Assembly (NCBI GenBank): GCA_049325335.1
Contig: JBMOMC010000038.1
Span: 1-64,000, forward strand
Direction of reading: 5' to 3'
DNA from: Nitrospirota bacterium
GTDB lineage: Bacteria > Nitrospirota > Nitrospiria > 2-01-FULL-66-17
DNA length: 64,000 bases
The first letter of the stretch is position 1. The number at the start of each line of letters is the position of its first letter. Positions 28,106-38,100 of this stretch are shown one piece after another. The notes under the pieces are model-generated. The model ran no database searches and was not told where the DNA came from. It worked only from the letters and a program-made list of their open reading frames with translations. Made by a program: the position numbers and the translations under genes.

Positions 28106-28933
28106 GTGATTGAGCCGGTGACCGGGGGAACCGGGGAACCGGAGAAAACACGAACAGGACACACGATGTCTCCATATCTTCAAGAAACCATGGCCATGAC
28201 ACGGCGTTGGTTCCAGCGATTTCGCCGCGAGCCCATGAGCATTATTTTCGGGCTGACCCAGCCGGTGTTGTGGCTGGTGTTGTTCGGCAATCTGTTTCGT
28301 AGCGCCACCGCGATACCGGGCATGCAGGCGCCGAGCTACATCGCGTTCATGACCGGAGGGGTGGTGGTAATGACGGTGCTCAACAGCGGATTGGCCGGCG
28401 GGATCGAATTGCTCTTCGACAAGGAGAACGGGTTTCTGGAGCGCCTGATGGCCTCGCCGATCAAACGCAGTTCGCTGATCATCAGCCGGTTTCTGTTCGT
28501 CACTGCTCTCACCGGCTTGCAAGCGTTGATGATTCTGGGCATGGCGTTTCTGTTCGGCGTGGTGCCGGCAACCGGGTGGATGGGCGTGGCGCTGATTCTT
28601 GTGATCGGGATGATGCTCGGCATCGGGTTTACCGCGATTTCGCTCGGCCTCGCGTTTTCCATGAAGGGACACGGCGGGTTTTTCGCCTTGTTGGGGTTCA
28701 TCACCTTGCCGTTGATCTTTATGAGCAGTGCGCTCGCGCCGTTGGAGAGCATGCCGACGTGGCTGGCGGTGATCGCGCAGCTCAACCCGATGACGTACGC
28801 CATCGACGCGGTGCGTGGACTGATTCTCACCGGATGGCACATTCACATCGTCAAGGTCTTGGTGATTTTGGCGGTGTTCGACGCGGCGTGTCTGGCGTGG
28901 AGTAATCGCATCCTGCTACGCGGCATGCGCTAG
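28106..28933 (+). CDS. ABC-2 type transporter permease (start may be 28166)
   Basis: QPVLWLVLFG, DKENGFLERLM.SP, MP.WL..IA.LNPMTYAIDAVR; six TM segments. Confidence 0.93.
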   Translation: MIEPVTGGTGEPEKTRTGHTMSPYLQETMAMTRRWFQRFRREPMSIIFGLTQPVLWLVLFGNLFRSATAIPGMQAPSYIAFMTGGVVVMTVLNSGLAGGIELLFDKENGFLERLMASPIKRSSLIISRFLFVTALTGLQALMILGMAFLFGVVPATGWMGVALILVIGMMLGIGFTAISLGLAFSMKGHGGFFALLGFITLPLIFMSSALAPLESMPTWLAVIAQLNPMTYAIDAVRGLILTGWHIHIVKVLVILAVFDAACLAWSNRILLRGMR

Positions 28934-28956
28934 CGCGGGGAGCCGTCCGTGCGCGG

Positions 28957-30097
28957 GTGTTCGCGGCGTGGTTGGCGCGCATCGCCCCTGAGCAGGCTTC
29001 AAACCGGGTAGAACGGAGGCGACGCCATGCCGAACGAGAACCTGGACCGGTCTCGGGGACGCAGGTGGAGGGCGCCGGGGCCGCGGCCAATGCAGGCGGC
29101 ATCGCGGCCGGCGGCAACGCCACGATCAACAACTACCACTACAAGACTACCCAGGTCCGTGGCTATATGCGGGACAAGGGCCCCTTGGCGTACAAAGGCA
29201 TGGGGAATCCCGTCCACTCCTGGGACACGGCGCTTAAGGGGGAAATTGCGGTCAGTGACTTGCGAGAGCTGCTGCTGAATGACTCCGTGCAGCACGAGAC
29301 GTTGATCCATCAACCCAAGAGAGTCTCCGTGAAGGGGTTGCTGTATCCGAGCGCATTGCTGGTCTCCGGGTGGTGGGAGTCTCGGATCAAGTAACTCGAA
29401 GGCACGACCTGGCGAAACGGGATTCAGGAATGGCTGTTCAGCGGATTTCATTCTTGGGGACCGTCGTGGGACTTTACCTGGGATTTTGAGCGTCGGGAAC
29501 CGGAGGCGAGTAAACCGTCGTTCGTGGCCAAACTCGGGGACGGGGATGAAGCCAATTCCATTCCGGTCATCATCCCGGCGGACAAAGCGAAACGGCTCGC
29601 TGAAAAATTCCAAGAACGCGGCCACGAAATCCATGTCGGCGTGAGCGGCGTGATGGCGACGGTTGACGGCGTGTTGTGCCATCGCAGCCATTGTCCCGAC
29701 GCCAAACGCCTCGGCCTAGTGGGCGGCATTCTGGATTTTTGTCTCTGGCTCCAACCCGGGGAGGACGAACATAAGATCCGTCTCGATCGACAGAAGCCCG
29801 AGATCTATTCCGGCTACCTCTGGGAAGTGCCTGGCGCCGAAGGAATGGGTGAAAGAAGGCGCCGCGTTGGAACTCAACGACGTGTATTTCGTCTGGGAGC
29901 ATACGAATTTCGCCGATCAAGACTCGGTCCGGTACAACCTGGACAGCCTCGAACATAAGGAACGATATCTCCGGACGCAGCACGATCACGGCGAGTTCGT
30001 GTTGCTCCAAAAATCCTCGCTGCTGGTCCATGGCTCGCCCATTTGGAGCAAACAAGAATTTTACGACTTCTTCCTGCAAAAGGACGAGGATATTTAG
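28957..30097 (+). pseudogene. disrupted hypothetical gene (in-frame TAA at 29392-29394; +1 frameshift at ~29822)
   Basis: The frame continues after TAA (LEGTTWRNGIQEWLFSGFHSWGPSWDFTW...) into the 29524 ORF; removing one G from TGGG gives YSGYLWKCLAPKEW joining the 29849-30097 ORF. Confidence 0.7.
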
Positions 30098-30109
30098 CGC
30101 GCCTTCGCC

Positions 30110-30976
30110 TCACCGCCGAAGGCGAATCTCGAAAAGCTTGGGCCAGTACTTCCCGGTGACGAAGAGCCGGTTGTGCTCCGCGTCGTAGGCGATGCCGTTG
30201 AGGACATCGACCGCGGCCGTGCGATCGGCGGCGGGCAGGAGTCCGCGCAGATCAACGCGGCCCGTCACCAGACCGGATTGCGGCGCGATGATCACGATGT
30301 CGTCGCTCCGCCACACGTTGGCGTAGATCTCGCCGTTGACGAATTCCAGCTCGTTCAGCTTGCCGACCGGCTGACCGTTGTCCGTGACCGTGACGCGACC
30401 GGTCTCATCAAACGTAACGGGATCGAAAAACCGCAAATCGGCGGTGCCGTCGCTCATGATCAGCCGGCTCCGATCGTGCGTGAGCCCCCACCCTTCACCG
30501 GGATAAGCGACCGTGCCTTGCGGCACAAACGTGTCGAGGTCGTAGCGAAACCCCACGCGTGATTGCCACGTCAACTGGATCAGTTGGTTCCCCCAGTCGG
30601 CGAGCCCTTCGGCAAAATGTTCCTCCGCCACCGGGCGCCTCTGGAGGACCTCGCCCGTTTCCAAACGGACTTTTCTCAGACTCGATTGCCCGTTGAGCCC
30701 GGTGCTCTCGAACAAGAATCCGTCGCGATAGAGCAGGCCCTGGGTGAATGCCGTGGGGTCGTGGGGATACACCTTGACGACCTCGTACCCATATCGCGGA
30801 GATTCGGCCGTACGCGAGGGGCCCGGGGCTTGGCGCGTCCCGGTCTGGAACCAGAGCACGAACGCCGCGCCGACTACTCCGACCGCCAACACGGCCGTCA
30901 GCGCCCGGTGGCGGGAATTCTTCCGCGTCGTTGGTCGGCGCGGGACAGGCCGCCTGACGCGCGAGTGTTTCGCCAT
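30110..30976 (-). CDS. glutaminyl-peptide cyclotransferase (plant/bacterial type)
   Basis: YPHD..AFTQGL, ESTG.NG.S, FAEGL, QLTW, GEGWGLT, LNELE, VLNGIAYD, TGKYWP; N-terminal TM anchor. Confidence 0.95.
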   Translation of the reverse strand: MAKHSRVRRPVPRRPTTRKNSRHRALTAVLAVGVVGAAFVLWFQTGTRQAPGPSRTAESPRYGYEVVKVYPHDPTAFTQGLLYRDGFLFESTGLNGQSSLRKVRLETGEVLQRRPVAEEHFAEGLADWGNQLIQLTWQSRVGFRYDLDTFVPQGTVAYPGEGWGLTHDRSRLIMSDGTADLRFFDPVTFDETGRVTVTDNGQPVGKLNELEFVNGEIYANVWRSDDIVIIAPQSGLVTGRVDLRGLLPAADRTAAVDVLNGIAYDAEHNRLFVTGKYWPKLFEIRLRR

Positions 30977-31018
30977 GTGGGGATTGTACACGGAGCGACG
31001 AACTCCGGGCGGCGCTTG

Positions 31019-31195
31019 TCAACCGAACGCCGAGGCCACCCAGTCACCGAGCAGATACGTCACCGTCACCACCGCCAGCCCGATTCCCACGAGTTGGGCG
31101 ATCACGGGGAGCGGGGAGAGTTGCTTGCGCTGGTGAATCGCACGTGGAGCCCGACGGTCAGGCCGAATGAATGCCGGTACCGATGCCCCTGCCAC
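31019..31195 (-). CDS. possible 58-aa single-TM protein
   Basis: GTG...PVIAQLVGIGLAVVTVTYLLGDWVASAFG*; fills the xth-QC gap on the same strand; no clear RBS. Confidence 0.35.
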   Translation of the reverse strand: MAGASVPAFIRPDRRAPRAIHQRKQLSPLPVIAQLVGIGLAVVTVTYLLGDWVASAFG

Positions 31196-31244
31196 TCTTA
31201 CAAATGGGACGGTAAACGATGTGGAAAGAGGGCGTTTTCAGTAA

Positions 31245-32021
31245 TCAGATGCCGTTGAACTCCGCCCACACCACGGTATGGTCGGACGCTTTGGGCGCGC
31301 GGCGGGGTTCGATATCGACCGCCACTTCCTTGCATTTGGAGACGAGAGGAGGGGTGGCGAGAATATGGTCGATTCTCCAGCCCTTGTTCTTTTCAATGTT
31401 GTCCGGCCGTAAGTAATCCCAGAAGGTGAATTGCTGCCGGTCGGGGTAGAGCGCCCGGAACGTGTCCACGAATCCCCACGCCACCGTGTCCTTATACGCC
31501 TTGCGCGCGTCTTCGTGAAAACACACGTGTTTGAGGTGCTTCTCGGGGCTATGCACGTCGATGGGTTCAGGCGCCACGTTCAGATCGCCCAACCAGATGG
31601 CCGGACGGTCGGGCGAGAGATATTTCTTAAAGTAAATTTTTAATCGTTTAAACCACTCCAATTTGTACGCATACTTAGGGGAGTCGATCTCAAAACCCTG
31701 CGGCACGTATGTGTTGATGATGGGGATGCCCCGCACCACCACGCGCGCGAGGCGCGCTTCGTCGGGCGGTTCGCCGTTGTCCAAGCCGAAGGAGATCTCG
31801 TCGAAGGGATCTTTACTGAACACCGCGACCCCGTTGTACGCCTTCATCCCGCGATACGCGATGTGGTAGCCGGTCTCCTTGAGCGCGGCTTCCGGGAACT
31901 CGCTGTCCTGCACCTTGGTCTCCTGGAGGCACAGGACGTCGGGTTGGTGTTCCGCCAGCCAGGTAGTCACGGCGTTGAGGCGCATGCGGACCGAATTGAC
32001 ATTGAACGTGGCGATTTTCAT
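31245..32021 (-). CDS. xth: exodeoxyribonuclease III
   Basis: MKIATFNVNSVR, LQETK, YNGVA, GDLNVAP, FTFWDY, GWRIDHIL, SDH. Confidence 0.97.
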   Translation of the reverse strand: MKIATFNVNSVRMRLNAVTTWLAEHQPDVLCLQETKVQDSEFPEAALKETGYHIAYRGMKAYNGVAVFSKDPFDEISFGLDNGEPPDEARLARVVVRGIPIINTYVPQGFEIDSPKYAYKLEWFKRLKIYFKKYLSPDRPAIWLGDLNVAPEPIDVHSPEKHLKHVCFHEDARKAYKDTVAWGFVDTFRALYPDRQQFTFWDYLRPDNIEKNKGWRIDHILATPPLVSKCKEVAVDIEPRRAPKASDHTVVWAEFNGI

Positions 32022-32071
32022 GGGAGTGTATCGTAGCAGGTTGGCGGAATCAGGGCAACTAACGTGAGGAC

Positions 32072-32096
32072 GTCATTCCCGAGAAGGCGGGAGTCC
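32072..32096. repeat. ATTCCC-N8-GGGAGT REP (dRS3-like), second copy
   Basis: GTC-ATTCCC-GAGAAGGC-GGGAGT-CC. Confidence 0.6.
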
Positions 32097-32142
32097 GGCG
32101 CGCTGTCGCCTGCAAGAAGTTCCTAATAATCCATAATTTCGA

Positions 32143-32172
32143 TTGACTTCGCTCATCCTAATTCTCTACATT
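32143..32172 (+). promoter_or_regulatory. putative sigma70 promoter of the giant-protein operon
   Basis: TTGACT-N18-TACATT in an AT-rich patch; this would favour ATG 32196/32202 over GTG 32175 as the start. Confidence 0.45.
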
Positions 32173-32174
32173 TA

Positions 32175-35100
32175 GTGGAAGGGTCTCGGAATTCCATGTT
32201 CATGGCTGGTTCAGTCGGCCCGCGCGTCCGCGGCCATACAGACAGTGGTATATCGTGGCGTGCCCGTCTACTGCCGGGCCTGGCGTTCGCGTGTCTGGTC
32301 GGACTTGGTTTCGGCATTGCAGCGCCTCCATCCGTCGCGGCTGGAACGGATGTCTCGTCTGACGTCGGGAACCGACTAGACGCGGAGCTCCAGACCCTTC
32401 GTGGCACCGCGGATGCGATCCTGAGCGATCTCAGGGCGGGAGGGACCGGCTCATCCGGCTTGGACGCGTTGCGCGGGAGCGCGGACCGGGTGCGCGCGTT
32501 GGACACGCTCGTGCGCGGTCGGTTCGGTCGCGTCGAGGCCACGCTTCGCGAACATTCCGCGTCGTCAGCGCTCTTGGGGCGCCGCGATGCGGCCGCGGCT
32601 GCGTACGAGGCCGCGGCCGATGCGGTCCTGGCCTCGCTCTCCGCGTTGGACGCCGCGTCCCGTGGGGACCGCGCTGTGCTGACGGGTGTTTTGGAGCGGT
32701 TGATCAACGCATTGGCCGACGTGACGCCGTCCCAGGAAGACCGACGTCCGCTTGGGATCGATCTGCCGTATCATCCGCTCGACCTGCCCACGGTCTCGCC
32801 GCGCAGGACCCCGACTGTAACGCCGGCATATCTTGCCGCATCGTTAGTCGCCCCGGCGCCCGAAGACCTGGCGGGGACGACGTCCGATGCCGTTGCGGCG
32901 CAGGCCGAGGCCTCCGGATACGATCCCATCGCCTTGTTTGAGTTCGTCCAGCAGTCCATCGACACCGAGTTTTACGACGGCGTGCTCAAGGGCGCGGACG
33001 GCGCGCTGCGCGAGCGGCGCGCCAATGACGCGGATCAAGCCGTGCTGCTGGTCGCGCTGCTGCGCGCGGCCGGGACGCCCGCGCGGTTCGTGCACGGCGT
33101 CATCGAAATTTCGGCCGAGCAGGCCGCGGCGTGGACCTCCGTGGGGTCTGCGCAACGCGCCGCCGACCTCTTTGGGCGCGCCGGGATTCCGTACGAGCCG
33201 GTTCGGCGCGGCGGGGGCATCGGCGCGTTCAGGATCGAGCACACGTGGGTGGAAGCCTACGTGTCCTACGGCAACTACCGCGGCGCGCCGTTGGACACCG
33301 GGGGCAAGGCGTGGGTTGCGCTCGACCCGTCGTTCAAAGCCTATCGGTACGAAACCGGCCTCGACGTCCTTGGGGAGATGGGATTCAGCGCCGATGCCTT
33401 GGCCACGGAGTACTTAGCGCAGCCGCAAACGATGGATCCAGTGGCCGTGTTACGCGCGCGGATCACCGAGTATCTGACCGCGAATCGGCCGGGCGCGTCG
33501 ATCGACCAGGCCATGGGCCGCCGGGTGTTGGACGAGCCGCGCGCGGGATTGCTGCCGAACACGTTGCCGTACGCCACCGTGGCCGTGACCGACGAATTTG
33601 CGGCCCTGCCTACCGAGCGGACACATCGCGTGCGTGTGCGCGCGGCCGCGGATAACGGGGACGCGTTCGACGTGACGTTGCCCGCGTCGGAATTCGTCGG
33701 GCATCGCATCACGCTCTCGTATGTGCCCGCCACGGTCGAGGACCATGTCGCGGTCAACGCGTTCTTGCGGCTGGACAACACGCCCGCGTACTTGGTGGCG
33801 CTGCGCCCAGTGCTCAAGGTGGACGGGGTGGTGCGCGCGGCCGGAGAGCGGTCGGTCCGGATGGGCGCATACCATGACCTGACCATTGAACTGCACGGGA
33901 CGCGCGGGTCCGCGGAAACCACGGACTCCTTGCTCGCGGGGGGGTACTACGCGCTGGGATTCGGCTCCCACGCGGCCGCGTACACGCCGTCGTCGGAGCC
34001 GTCCCCCCGGGACACCGAGCCGCCGGCCGGCGACCTGTTGTTCCAAATGGCCTCCGAGTACCTTGACGCCTGGAATCGGGCCGAGGAGGATTTGGCCGCG
34101 ATGACGCGCGTGGCCGTGGTGCGGCCGCTGCCGTCGGTTGTGATGGTGGGCAGCGTGTACGGCCGGACAGTCCTGTTCGGTCGTCCCCAGACCGTTGATT
34201 GGCGCGGGGTGTTTGTGGACGCCAATTTTCGCGCGAGCGACGCGATCCCCGCGGGCAACGACGCGACACGCGCGGGGGCGTTCTTACGATTGTCCGGTCT
34301 GGCCGGCTCCGTGCTTGAGCGCTCGGTGTTGGCCCAGAAACTCGGGGCCGAGGCCGTCTCCACGGTGTCACTGATTCAGTCCGCGCGCGCAAACGGGGAG
34401 CCAATCGAAGAGATCGACGCGTCGAACGCGTCGGTCATCGCGTCGCTGAGTACGTCGGACAACGTGAAGGCCGAGGTGACCGACGCGGTGAATCGCGGCT
34501 GGCGCGTGACGATTCCGCGGTCGGATCTGATCCGCGATCGATTCCACGGCATCGGCTACATCGTGCGCGATCCCGCGTCAGGCGGCGCCGGGTATTTCAT
34601 TTCCGGCTCATTGGCGGGCGGGATCACCATCAACGACGCGCGAAATTGGGTGGAGCAGGCGTACGCCGATGCGCTCCATTTTGCGTACACGCCGCCGCCC
34701 AATCCGGATCCCACCGCCGCGCTATACATCTTTAAGGTCGCCATCAGCAACAACCAGAACGGAATCGCGGGCGAGCCCGCGGAGAGCCCGTTGTTTGTGT
34801 GGGTGCTCGACCGGGACGGGCGGCCGGTGATGGGCGCGGACGTGACGTTCCAGATCGTCTCCGGGGGCGGCCAATTCGACGCGGCGGGCGCGCAGAGCGT
34901 GACCGCGACGACGGACTATCTCGGCATCGCGGCCGCAACGCCGATCTGGGGCCGTCACACCGCCGACGCGCCGTTCTACCTGATGGCGAATGCAGGCGAT
35001 CCCCAGCCCACGCAAGTGGGACACAATCTGGTCACCGCCCGGGTGCAGGGTTCGGGGGGGCACATTCCGCTTTCTGCGCCGTTCCAGGCGTTTGCCTACC

Positions 35101-38100
35101 CCGGCGAACCGCACCATATTCGCAAGGTGTTGGGGGAAGGGAATCAATCGCTCGCTGGCACGGCCGCTGGTACGTTGCGGGCGCGAGTGGAAGATCAATA
35201 CGACAACACGATCTCCAATATCGACGTCCTGTTCCGGGTCGTACCGGCCGAACCCCGGGTGGGCGCCGCTCTGCCCTCGAGCGCGCAGAACATGGTCGTC
35301 TACTCCCAAGATCCGCCCTGTCCGAACGAGAATCCCGTGATCGGCGACTGCGGGGGCGTGGCGTCCCTCGCGGTGACCACGTCCGTATTCGGGGCCTCGG
35401 TCGAGACGATCCTGGGCGATACCATTGCGACCAGGTATGGCGTGCAAGCATCGGTGCCGTCCGCGCCCGGGGTGGCCGCCGAGACGTTCGCGCTATTTGC
35501 GGTCGGCCGACGGGATTACGACGCCCCCGGGTACGCGCCGCCCACGCTGATGATGTCGCAACTGTCTCTGGTCAATGACCGCGGCGAGTTGCTCAACAGC
35601 GCCAAGGTCGGGACCTCGTTCGCGCGACCGTTGGGCGTGGCGTTGTACCTGATCGAGGATCGCTTCCTCATGGTCCCGACCGGGGCGCCGTGCGGACCCA
35701 ATGAAACGGACCCGCCGTGTTATGAAGTGCGGTCGTTGGCGACCAGCCGCATCCGTCCCGTCGATATTCAGCGCACGGGGCCGGATATCACATACCCCAC
35801 GGTGACGCCGGACGCAGTTTCGGTTCCGAAACAAAGTGAGACCGCCAATATCGCTTTCAACGCAATTGCCGGTGGTGGCAGTGTGGTCCCACCGGTGCAG
35901 AATGCGCCGGGCCACGGCCTGGGCCAGGGCCGGTACGAGGCCGTGCTGACGGTCGGATCGAATCCCGTGCTCAACCGGGTCGAGGTGGACGCCACCGCAA
36001 CCATTTGGTTGCCGGACATCAACCTGCACGCATCCAGCGCCGCCGGAACCGTGACTCCAAGACTCGTCACCATGCGGCCGGGCCAAGACTTCCTGGGATT
36101 GGTCAACCACGATCCCTTGCAACCCAGATTCGGCGGCAATCCGTTGACCGTCACGCACGAAGTCTTTGGGGTCCGCGCGACCATCCCGACGCCTCCCGTG
36201 GCGTTGATCGGTCCCAGTGGGCTGGTGGCCTTCGACGCGGACGTGAACTACTTGATCGAGCCGGCGGGCTACGCGGCGCAGACCGCGGACGTGGATCTTT
36301 TCGAGGTGAAGACCGGCGCGCCGGATGAGTGGCTCGGATACGTGGTGGGCGACCATGCGTCCGGCGCGGGCGCCGGCACGATTCTCCAGGGCATGTTCTT
36401 CAATCCGGCCAAGCGGTATCGCGCCAAGGTGGTGTTGAACCGAGGCAGCGAGGTTGAGCTCGCCAGCGGCCTGGAATCGCTGGACGCGTACTTGCGCGAG
36501 CCCCTGCGGTTGGATTTCGGGTCCAAGAAGCACGCGGAGGAGCAACACCGACAGAAGAAGGAACGGGATCTGGCCGCGATCTTCCAGGCCGAGAAAGCCG
36601 CGTTGGTCGGCGTGATCCAGCAGGGGCTGATCGAAGGGGCGGCGTGCGGGATTCCCACCGGCGCGCCGATCGCGATTATCGAGCAAGGCAGCGGCGCCTG
36701 TTTTTGGAAGGACAGGTTCGCGACCGACCCGGTGGGCACGTGCGCGGCGTTTCAGCCCGAAGTGAGCGATCACGACTACGAAGTGTTCGTGCCCTCCGCG
36801 TACATGCCGGGCACCGACACCTCGGGCGCGGCGTGTCTGGTCAATCATCTCAACAAGGCCGGGCAAGATTCGGAACTCGCGGACGTGACGTTTTTCCCGA
36901 TGTCGAAGGAGGATTTCGAGCGCGGGCGGCTCAACGTCATGCCGCCGGTCGTGCCGGGCGGATCGGATCCCACCGGCGACCTGGGCCTGGGCCGACAGTC
37001 GCTCCTGCTCAAATGGCTGCTGGAAGGCGAGTACGTCACCGGCATCGCCGGGTTGTCCGTTCCCGCGGTCGGCGGGCAGGTACGGCCGTTGGACGCGATT
37101 CTCGAAGACCTGCGAACCACGCCGTACATGGACGGCGAGCCCACCGGCATCCCGCGGTTGGAAGGCCACGAGTGGGCGGCGCTGCAGGAGTTCAACCTGT
37201 TCAAGTCCGGCGCGCACCTGCGCCTCAAGGGCCAAGCCGTTGATCAACGCAGCGGCCTCTTCGAGCGGCTCCAGAAGGAAGTGCACGACGTGGCCAAGGC
37301 CGGGATCAGGGCCGTGATGGCGCGGCTCGCGACCGACGAGCGCGCGAATCGGCGGCTGTTCATCGCGCGTCCGGAGTACAACTCGGGTGCGGGCTGCCTG
37401 ACCGGGACCGAGGACCCCTCGCGGCCGCGGCCGCCCGCGAGTCTGTTCCCCAAGCGGTGCGACTCGTTCGAGGAGCACGTGGCCTCCACAGCGGTCAAGA
37501 GTCTGCGTGACGGATATGGACTCTTCACGCCCGAACAGACAGCTATGATCTACAACCTGTACCGCGTGAAAGCCGACGCGACGTGCGCCGCCCCCGGCTG
37601 CACCACCCGAATCATGGATGAAGCGGAAGCCAACCGGTTCGTGGCGAGCGCGTACGACTTAATCCGGCAGGTGAGCGCCGACACGGAAGCGATCTACCTC
37701 TCAACGGTCGGCAACGACTCGGCCAACGCGGTCCAGCGCGCGGCCAATTTGTCCACCGCCCGGACCAAGGCCTTGGAGGCGCAAGCCACGGTGAAGCGCA
37801 CGCCCACGACCCGGGTGCTCAACGCCAGCGTGTTGTCGTTCGAGAACGTCGAGGTCGCGCAGGACAGCGACGCTACCAACGGGGTGACGCCCCCCCGGCA
37901 CGTCGTCCCGGTCGTCGATTTCGGCGAGCGATTCCTCGACGTGGCCCGCACCGTGAGCGGCAGCCCGATTCTCGACCCCAACGGCGACGAACAACCCTTG
38001 ATGAAGACCGCGCTCCCGGGCGATCAGACCCGCTACGTGCGAGCCTTGCTCGATCCGAATCATACGATTCGTCAGTGTGAGCCCACGGCCAACTTCACGG

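Noticed and set aside
29392..29394. Programmed readthrough (Sec/Pyl)
   Set aside because: The stop is TAA and a separate frameshift also breaks the gene.
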